In this document: positions 53,704 to 59,736 of the stretch, one piece after another
Position numbering within the stretch: the first letter of the stretch is position 1
How the letters are laid out: each line of letters opens with the position of its first letter
IMG/VR virus record: IMGVR_UViG_3300043470_000815
Direction: 5' to 3' (one strand)
Origin: a virus
Length of the DNA stretch: 64,000 nucleotides
Position numbers and translations under genes: made by a program
Notes under the pieces: generated by a model
The model's database searches: none
Seen by the model: only the letters and a program-made list of their open reading frames with translations
Told to the model about the DNA's origin: nothing

Positions 53704-53817
53704 CAGGGGTTATTGGACTCGAACCAATATTTCGACCTTGGAATGGTTGTTAAATGAATTGTAAGTAATCAAATGAATACTTTAATTTACGCGTCCTACC
53801 AGTTAGACTAAACCCCT
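53704..53817 (-). tRNA. tRNA-Gly(TCC) with a 42-nt insertion in the anticodon stem (element B)
   Basis: Acceptor AGGGGTT/AACCCCT, D arm, T arm ATTGG-TTCGAGT-CCAAT; removing 53748-53789 restores CGACC-ATTCCAA-GGTCG. Confidence 0.7.
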
Positions 53818-53972
53818 TAATTGTTAATATTAGGCAAGAACCAAAAAATATATGAATATTACATATATCCACTTCTTAGGAACAATACTGTGTTTTTGAT
53901 TCCTACCCATTTATTTAAAGTTAGTGTGAATAATATTCACCGTGTTTGTAACAGAAATCTGTTACTTAAAGA

Positions 53973-53998
53973 GACAGAAGGTAAACTTCTGTTTAAAA
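53973..53998 (-). terminator. hairpin downstream of element D
   Basis: ACAGAAG-TTTAC-CTTCTGT then CTCTTT; near-identical copy at 57520-57545. Confidence 0.6.
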
Positions 53999-54097
53999 AA
54001 ATCCACTTGTTGTTGTCCACCACTGGACGAATCACCATACATGAAGGTAAATATAAGAATCGAACTTATCATTTTTTAATGTATTGTAAGTGGATTT
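53999..54097 (-). ncRNA. circularly permuted tRNA-like (YrlA-like) RNA (element D)
   Basis: 10-bp end stem AAATCCACTT/AAGTGGATTT; order is T arm, loop-closed acceptor, D arm. Confidence 0.75.
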
Positions 54098-54152
54098 AAA
54101 ATTTATGTTTAAATCCCGATAGAATTAAAGTTAATCTTTGTGATTTAATTGT

Positions 54153-54303
54153 CGGGGAGGTGGGAATCGAACCCACGTTGTATAATATATCAGATTATTT
54201 TATATGTTAAAAGTATTGTAAGTAAATTAAACTCTGAATTAATCGTTAGTATTTTAATTGATAAAGTTTTTAATCTACTCATTTCCAGCGTTTTAACTCC
54301 CCT
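54153..54303 (-). ncRNA. tRNA-like RNA with expanded body (element E)
   Basis: GGGGAG/CTCCCC acceptor, GTGGG-TTCGATT-CCCAC T arm, internal TCAGA/TCTGA stem enclosing ACTTACAATAC. Confidence 0.65.
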
Positions 54304-54848
54304 GTATTTCTAAAATCTTTTCAACTTTTCGTATAAATCCCAAAAAACACTTCCTATACAAATGAATGTTCCTGTACATAAAACAACGAAAGATATTTGC
54401 AATTTAATCCATGTCGATGTATTATACGCACCATTATCATCAGCATAAACCGAAATAGCCGTCAATACAACTATATTAGAAAACGCTAAGTATAAGAAAA
54501 ACAATTTACTAATTAATTCGATGCTCATAGAATATTCCGTTTGCGGTTAAATATCCAGTTACATCTTCTTTGTATAAAAAGTGCATTACTGGACAAAATT
54601 TACCATTGTCATTAAGATAACCGAATACATATTCGGTATTACCGTTAATCGGGTCTTTTGGATATAAAAAGGATTCAAGTCCTTCAAAGTTTAATATTGA
54701 TGTTTGTGTCATTTTATTTTAAAGTTTAATTATTTAATTTAAAAAATGAACTATTTGGACTGAAAATATCCACCCTATTCACACTCGACTTTACTTGCAT
54801 AGTTTCCGACCGTATAGGCTCTTGTTGTGACAATAGTTCATATTAAAA

Positions 54849-55409
54849 TTAAGCGTATGCTGTCCAACTTTCTTCGCCACCATCCCAAATAGAACACCAA
54901 CCATATTCAGTACTTACATACGGTTTACCATCAGATAAACACTTGATTCTTTTTACCCAAGGTTTTTCGTTCTTAAAATCATCCTTGATTGGTGTACAAT
55001 AACCAGTCATATCACCAGTTGCACGACGATTTTGCTTAACCTCCCTAAGTTCCAACGTTTGACCTTTTACTTTTGTTACTTGGTAAAAGTTGATGTTGGT
55101 TTGTTCCCAACCCCACGAGTAAACGAAAATATCACCTTCGCTAACTTTGGCAGTTTTTACTAATTCAGCAATTTTTTCACGACGGGCAACTTTAATAGAT
55201 TCCGATTTTTGATATTCGGCAATGGTTTCGGCAGCCCATTCATTTCTGCGTTCTTCACTTTTAAAGTAATAATTCTTCAAAGTTTTAGTTTTGCTGTACT
55301 TTGCTTTTGGTGTATTTTGTACAAGTTTGGCGGTTGGTAATCCGTTGGCGTTGTTACCTGTTTCGATGTAAAATTTATCGGTGATGTTGATAATGTTAGT
55401 GGTTGTCAT
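54849..55409 (-). CDS. conserved phage hypothetical protein
   Basis: GDIFVYSWGWEQTNINFYQV motif; has its own promoter. Confidence 0.65.
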   Translation of the reverse strand: MTTTNIINITDKFYIETGNNANGLPTAKLVQNTPKAKYSKTKTLKNYYFKSEERRNEWAAETIAEYQKSESIKVARREKIAELVKTAKVSEGDIFVYSWGWEQTNINFYQVTKVKGQTLELREVKQNRRATGDMTGYCTPIKDDFKNEKPWVKRIKCLSDGKPYVSTEYGWCSIWDGGEESWTAYA

Positions 55410-55471
55410 TGTGTGTAAAGTTTAAATGTTTAATAAAATGTAAATAAAATTTATTTCCTTTAATTATACCA

Positions 55472-55522
55472 CAAAGATACTACCTCCCAACCTATCCCAC
55501 AATAGCATTAACTAACTGTTAA
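55472..55522 (-). promoter_or_regulatory. early promoter plus dyad
   Basis: TTAAC-N5-GTTAA-N5-TTG-N20-TATCTTTG. Confidence 0.85.
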
Positions 55523-55547
55523 CAATAACGTTCAATTCTTTTTAAAA

Positions 55548-55802
55548 GTTATTCAGTTTAAATAAGCGAAAAAAACAGTGTGTTGTTACACCAAAAGTAT
55601 TCATTTGTTTTCTTAGTTGCCGTACCATTTCAAATGAATGTGTAGTATTTAATTACAACCTTTTGTATTTATCCCAAAGCACATCACAAACTACTGTTAC
55701 CATAATTTGCATTTCGCACATGGCGGGTACTCAACTACTCTTTAAACGATTGCTACCCTCAAGCACACGTCCTATCTTTTTCGGTTATTTAAACTGAATA
55801 AC
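55548..55802. ncRNA. 255-nt element closed by an 18-bp perfect inverted repeat (ncRNA or MITE)
   Basis: GTTATTCAGTTTAAATAA at 55548-55565 and its reverse complement at 55785-55802; several internal hairpins. Confidence 0.55.
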
Positions 55803-56724
55803 GTTACTTCCGTTTTTTACTACGAATTACGGATTGTACAATCGAACCAACCCCACTATTAATCGGAATCGCGTAACGTTTTAATTCTTGTGGTAAGCGT
55901 TTAAATTCATATTCATCAAGAAATGAACCAGCCTTCCAGTGTTTAAATGGTATTGATAGTTTGTATTTCATTTTATTTTTTACTCGAATGTACAATTGTG
56001 TCACCTAACTTAAAATCACCTCCAGCCATAATTACCGATCCGGGCGTGATAATGTTTTTACCAGTTATGTGTAGGTTGGTTGGTTCGGGTTTAACTTCAT
56101 TCCTTAAAATTTCTTTAAGTTCATCGCTATCTTTCCACCGATCCCACCAATCGTTAAAGTCTGAATTATTTTTGCCTAAATTATAGGCTTGAAAAAGTAC
56201 GTTTTTTAGTGACATTTGTTTTAAATAATTAATTATTGAACTGGAAACCAAACAGTAATTACACTGGCGGGAGGCATGACTATTCCAATAGCATGAATAA
56301 CTTCCATTTTGTACGGTGATGCGAAATCACATTGGCATAATTTGACAAAGTTATGAATGTAACAATACAATCCAAATACGATTAACGCCCCGTATAATAG
56401 GCAACCTACCTTTGACATTCCTGTGAGTTTTGATTTTACTTTAATTGACATTTTATTTTAAGTTTATTAATTACTAAATCCACCAAGATCAGTGTAATCT
56501 TTCAATTGTTGAATCAATTCATCAGTTTCTGTTGAATTATCAATTAAATGCTGTTCAATTACATACCGTTTGGTTGTATCATTCCAAACCGACAACGTTG
56601 TTTTTCCTGACGCACTATCAGTTTTATATATAAACTGTAAGTCTTTATACGTTTCAACTGTTAAGTAACCATTTATACTTGATGTGTGTTGTGTCATAAA
56701 ATTTTTAAGTTTTAAAAGTGTGGG

Positions 56725-56831
56725 TGGAGTATTTGGGAATCGAACCCAAACATTACCAGTGCCGGAAATCGCCTATTTCGGAAATCGGTGCGGACTAATT
56801 ACAAGTAATTCTGCCTTTAATTTAATACCCC
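56725..56831 (-). ncRNA. tRNA-Ala-like RNA with rebuilt anticodon/variable region (element F)
   Basis: GGGGTAT/ATACTCC with G3.U70 and A73; D stem AATT/AATT; T arm TTGGG-TTCGATT-CCCAA. Confidence 0.65.
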
Positions 56832-56852
56832 TTGAAAATAAGAATTAATTTA

Positions 56853-57287
56853 TTATTGTTTAATATGTGATTTTTTACCACCACAAGATCGTGAACAACA
56901 TGGTTTAAACGTTGGATTTTTAACAAGTTTATAATTGACATGATTACCCGCTTTGATAAATTCTTTATTACAAACCGGACATATAAAACATAAATATTTT
57001 TTTGTTATATTTCTGTGTTCTCTATCTTTTTTGTTATTTTCTTTAGGTGTTAAAATTTGTAAATTATCAATGACATCGTTTAAAGGATTATTATCTATAT
57101 GATCTACGTGTTCATTTTTTAATAAAAACCTTTCAAGTTTACAACACATTAAATATCTAGCATACGACATACTTGTTCGCGAATTATCGTTTTTTACTAA
57201 AACAACTAAATTTCTAGGTTCTTTATTTTGTAATAAATAAATTGCTTTATAATCTTCTATAAATGGAATTTTTAGTTCGATTTTCAT
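56853..57287 (-). CDS. HNH homing endonuclease in the tRNA cluster
   Basis: HVDHIDNNPLND.IDNLQIL, C-terminal CxxC...CCSxxC zinc finger. Confidence 0.85.
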   Translation of the reverse strand: MKIELKIPFIEDYKAIYLLQNKEPRNLVVLVKNDNSRTSMSYARYLMCCKLERFLLKNEHVDHIDNNPLNDVIDNLQILTPKENNKKDREHRNITKKYLCFICPVCNKEFIKAGNHVNYKLVKNPTFKPCCSRSCGGKKSHIKQ

Positions 57288-57317
57288 TATTTATATATTC
57301 TTTTAACTAAAAGAAAA

Positions 57318-57407
57318 TGCACTTAATTTGTGGGATTTGAACCCACCTTCGTTTGTGTTTGAGACAAATTGTTCACCTAGAACAGTTTTAAATTTATTGT
57401 AAGTGCA
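57318..57407 (-). ncRNA. tRNA body (D arm, anticodon CAA, T arm) with acceptor arm replaced by the motif stem (element G)
   Basis: TGCACTT/AAGTGCA stem plus ACAAT; TGTTC/GAACA; TTTGT-CTCAAAC-ACAAA; GTGGG-TTCAAAT-CCCAC. Confidence 0.75.
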
Positions 57408-57411
57408 ATAG

Positions 57412-57483
57412 TACCCCGTATGGGAATCGAACCCATATTTGTAGATCGAAAATCTACTATACTAACCGTTATATGAACGGGGC
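57412..57483 (-). tRNA. trnE: tRNA-Glu(TTC)
   Basis: Full cloverleaf; GTAGA-TTTTCGA-TCTAC. Confidence 0.9.
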
Positions 57484-57545
57484 TAATTTATAACGTGAAT
57501 GGAAACCCTTCACTAAAGAGACAGAAGATAAACTTCTGCTTAAAA

Positions 57546-57604
57546 AAATCCACTTATTCGTAAAATACCATAATTTTTGATTTAAAAGTATTGTAAGTGA
57601 ATTT
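57546..57604 (-). ncRNA. minimal motif hairpin RNA (element I)
   Basis: AAATTCACTT-ACAATAC...AAGTGGATTT; same downstream hairpin as element D. Confidence 0.65.
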
Positions 57605-57625
57605 ATAATTCCGTTAGAAATTTAG

Positions 57626-57699
57626 TGGCAGGGGTGTGAATCGAACACACAATAATTGGACTTATGAGACCCACTAGCCTACCAAGGCTTGTCCCTGCT
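57626..57699 (-). tRNA. tRNA-Met/Ile2(CAT), A1:C72 mismatch (initiator-like)
   Basis: Cloverleaf; loop CTCATAA; T arm GTGTG-TTCGATT-CACAC. Confidence 0.8.
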
Positions 57700-57723
57700 A
57701 TTTATTTTTTTTTTACATTTTAG

Positions 57724-57804
57724 TGGGAAAAGATGGAATCGAACCACCAATAAAATTTTTGTAAGTAAATTAAATCTACTAACCTGTTTTTTCCCGATTT
57801 TCCC
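57724..57804 (-). ncRNA. tRNA-like RNA with the motif in place of the anticodon arm (element K)
   Basis: GGGAAAA/TTTTCCC, GGTGG-TTCGATT-CCATC; shares AGTAGATT and TTTAATTTACTTACAA with element E. Confidence 0.6.
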
Positions 57805-57959
57805 TAATTCTAAACCATCGAAATGTAAACCTGTTAGGGAGGTTTGTCTTTTAAAAGTACATATAATATAATTACACTTTCCCTTTACAATTTGCTTACA
57901 CCGATTGGGTGGTTAGTATGTAACTTGATATATATTATATACCTGTTTTAATTATACAA

Positions 57960-58010
57960 CAAAGATAAGTACTTTATTTTTACTGTGCAATATCATTAAC
58001 AACTTGTTAA
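57960..58010 (-). promoter_or_regulatory. early promoter plus dyad
   Basis: TTAAC-N5-GTTAA-N5-TTG-N20-TATCTTTG. Confidence 0.85.
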
Positions 58011-58019
58011 CTTTTATTG

Positions 58020-58092
58020 TTGTCACTAAAGGACTCGAACCTTTAACCTTCTGACTCAAAATCAGACGCACTACCAATTGTGCTAAGTGACA
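58020..58092 (-). tRNA. trnQ: tRNA-Gln(TTG)
   Basis: Cloverleaf; U1-A72; TCTGA-TTTTGAG-TCAGA. Confidence 0.9.
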
Positions 58093-58109
58093 TTTTTTAA
58101 ACTGTTATG

Positions 58110-58280
58110 TGGTTGAGGTAGGAATCGAACCTACAAACTTGATATTTTTTACCATCTTTTACTACCTTCGATGTTTAATATCGTGCTGGTTTACTGTTCA
58201 TAAGTAGTATATCATGGAGTTTACCCATAATCAATTGTATTGAACTTCACCAACGCGTTTACCAATTTCGCCACCCAACC
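58110..58280 (-). ncRNA. tRNA-Leu-like scaffold with 58-nt anticodon loop and 51-nt variable region (element M)
   Basis: GGTTGGG/CTCAACC; TGGCGAAATTGGTAAACGC D arm; TTGGT/ACCAG stem; GTAGG-TTCGATT-CCTAC. Confidence 0.65.
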
Positions 58281-58298
58281 ATTTAAATTTTAAAAAAA

Positions 58299-58355
58299 AA
58301 TCCACTTAATTATCAAATTAAAAGTTTGGTTGTTTTAATGTATTGTAAGTGGATT
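58299..58355 (-). ncRNA. minimal motif hairpin RNA (element N)
   Basis: AATCCACTT-ACAATAC...AAGTGGATT; first 23 nt identical to element D. Confidence 0.65.
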
Positions 58356-58386
58356 AATATTTTAATATCTACTTTTAGATATTCTG

Positions 58387-58462
58387 TGCAACTAAATGGA
58401 CTCGAACCATTAACACCAAGATTCATAAATGAATCAACTCTAACCAATTGAGTTATAATTGC
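58387..58462 (-). tRNA. atypical tRNA, 6-nt anticodon loop, undetermined
   Basis: GCAATTA/TAGTTGC, ACTC/GAGT, GATTC-ATTTAT-GAATC, AATGG-TTCGAGT-CCATT. Confidence 0.6.
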
Positions 58463-58646
58463 GTTTTAAAAACCGCCCTACCAACATAATTGTACACTTA
58501 TTATTGGAATAATATACTTACTACTTTCAGGCGATTTTATGACAACATTGTACGGATGTTATCATTATTTTTCTTACTTTGACAATACCGCAATAATTAC
58601 CGAATATGATGGGTAAGAAAAAATTTATTAGTTAATTATTAATTAG

Positions 58647-58719
58647 TACCCGTAATGAGACTCGAACTCATAAATCCATGATCCTAAATCATGCTGCTTT
58701 GCCAATTTACTATACGGGC
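58647..58719 (-). tRNA. tRNA-Leu(TAG) with short variable loop
   Basis: CATGA-TTTAGGA-TCATG; variable loop GATTT. Confidence 0.8.
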
Positions 58720-58737
58720 ATTTAATTGATTAATTAG

Positions 58738-58822
58738 TGCAGATGGTGGGACTTGAACCCACACGCCCATTTAGAACAACGGTGTTTAAGACCGTTTTGG
58801 CTACCAATTACAACACATCTGC
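58738..58822 (-). tRNA. trnL: tRNA-Leu(TAA)
   Basis: ACGGT-CTTAAAC-ACCGT, long variable arm, A73. Confidence 0.9.
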
Positions 58823-59060
58823 TTATTACATTAACCCCAAAATTCTAGGATTCCTACATTATCAAAATAAAAATATCCAGCCGATTGATTATTTGGTAAT
58901 TTACTTTCATTCCACTTATTTTTAAACTTATTAAAAGTAGATGGTGACATTCTTACATGACCTTTACCGTTAACCAGTTTGGGTGTTTTACCAAATAAAC
59001 TTTGAAAAATTTCTAAAGACATCATAATGTGATAGATTAAAACTGTGATTAATTATGATA

Positions 59061-59111
59061 CAAAGATAAGTCGAATATTCATACTGTGCAACCTCATTAA
59101 CATTTCATTAT
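59061..59111 (-). promoter_or_regulatory. early promoter plus dyad
   Basis: ATAAT-N5-GTTAA-N5-TTG-N20-TATCTTTG. Confidence 0.8.
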
Positions 59112-59232
59112 CAAACTGGGATTTCATAAGGACTTTTACCCCACGTTTTTATGGAAATCGACTACCCGAAATGACCACGTGCTTTCTAATTTTACCCTAT
59201 GTTACACTTAGATAAAACCATTTATTTAAACA

Positions 59233-59344
59233 TAACCGCCAAGACTTGAACTTGGAAACAATTTTCATAAAAAAGTTATTACAAGTAACTTTAATATTTC
59301 CATTGTATTTTTGTATGCCATAACTTGTAATTATTCATTCGGTT
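59233..59344 (-). ncRNA. tRNA-Thr(TGT)-like RNA with expanded 5' half (element R)
   Basis: AACCG/CGGTT, CCAAG-TTCAAGT-CTTGG, AAAGTTA-CTTGTAA-TAACTTT; starts immediately after the tRNA-Asn CCA. Confidence 0.5.
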
Positions 59345-59418
59345 TGGCGGGAATAAAAGGATTTGAACCTATATTAAGTGATTAACAGTCACCCGTTCTA
59401 CCATTGAACTATATTCCC
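59345..59418 (-). tRNA. trnN: tRNA-Asn(GTT), CCA encoded
   Basis: GGTGA-CTGTTAA-TCACT; G73. Confidence 0.9.
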
Positions 59419-59622
59419 TTTTAATCTTAAAAAATATCGTTTGATAATATTTGTAATTTTTTCGTTATAATTTTTACACTCACAACCGCGTTGGCCACCT
59501 CGGATTGAATACCGGGAACATGAGACTATCAATCTTCATTGTGTTATTATAACAATTACAATTCCGTTTGACTATACGGATATAGTTTTATTTAAAAAAA
59601 TTATTTAATTTTAATTATACAA

Positions 59623-59673
59623 CAAAGATATGTACTTCCAACCAATTTCACAATACCATTAACAATCTATTCA
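59623..59673 (-). promoter_or_regulatory. early promoter plus partial dyad, upstream of tRNA-Asn
   Basis: GTTAA-N5-TTG-N20-TATCTTTG. Confidence 0.8.
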
Positions 59674-59736
59674 CAAAAAAACCCCCAAACCATGCGAACA
59701 CGTTTGAGGGTCAATATTTTTTAAGATTTTAAATCG

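Noticed and set aside
53748-53789. Group I or II intron in the tRNA inserts (B, E, M)
   Set aside because: The inserts of 42-110 nt are too short and lack catalytic core elements.
53821-54099. Plus-strand ORFs over the RNA cluster (also 57689-57871 and 58737-58925)
   Set aside because: They are antisense shadows of structured RNAs, with no plausible leader or protein features.
55548-55802. RNase P, 6S or SRP RNA
   Set aside because: I could not find the RNase P GGAAAGUCC core or the SRP helix-8 motif, and the fold looks multibranch rather than a 6S rod.
56725-56831. tmRNA
   Set aside because: It has Ala identity but is only about 107 nt, has a real D stem, and has no room for a tag ORF or pseudoknots.
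53389-58360. CRISPR array reading of the recurring ACTTACAA motif
   Set aside because: The repeat is only 8-23 nt, spacing is irregular, copies are embedded in tRNA folds, and there are no cas genes.
59480-59585. GC-richer leader with small hairpins upstream of tRNA-Asn (similar patch at 59115-59200)
   Set aside because: Stems are present, but I could build no cloverleaf or terminal stem; too weak to call.
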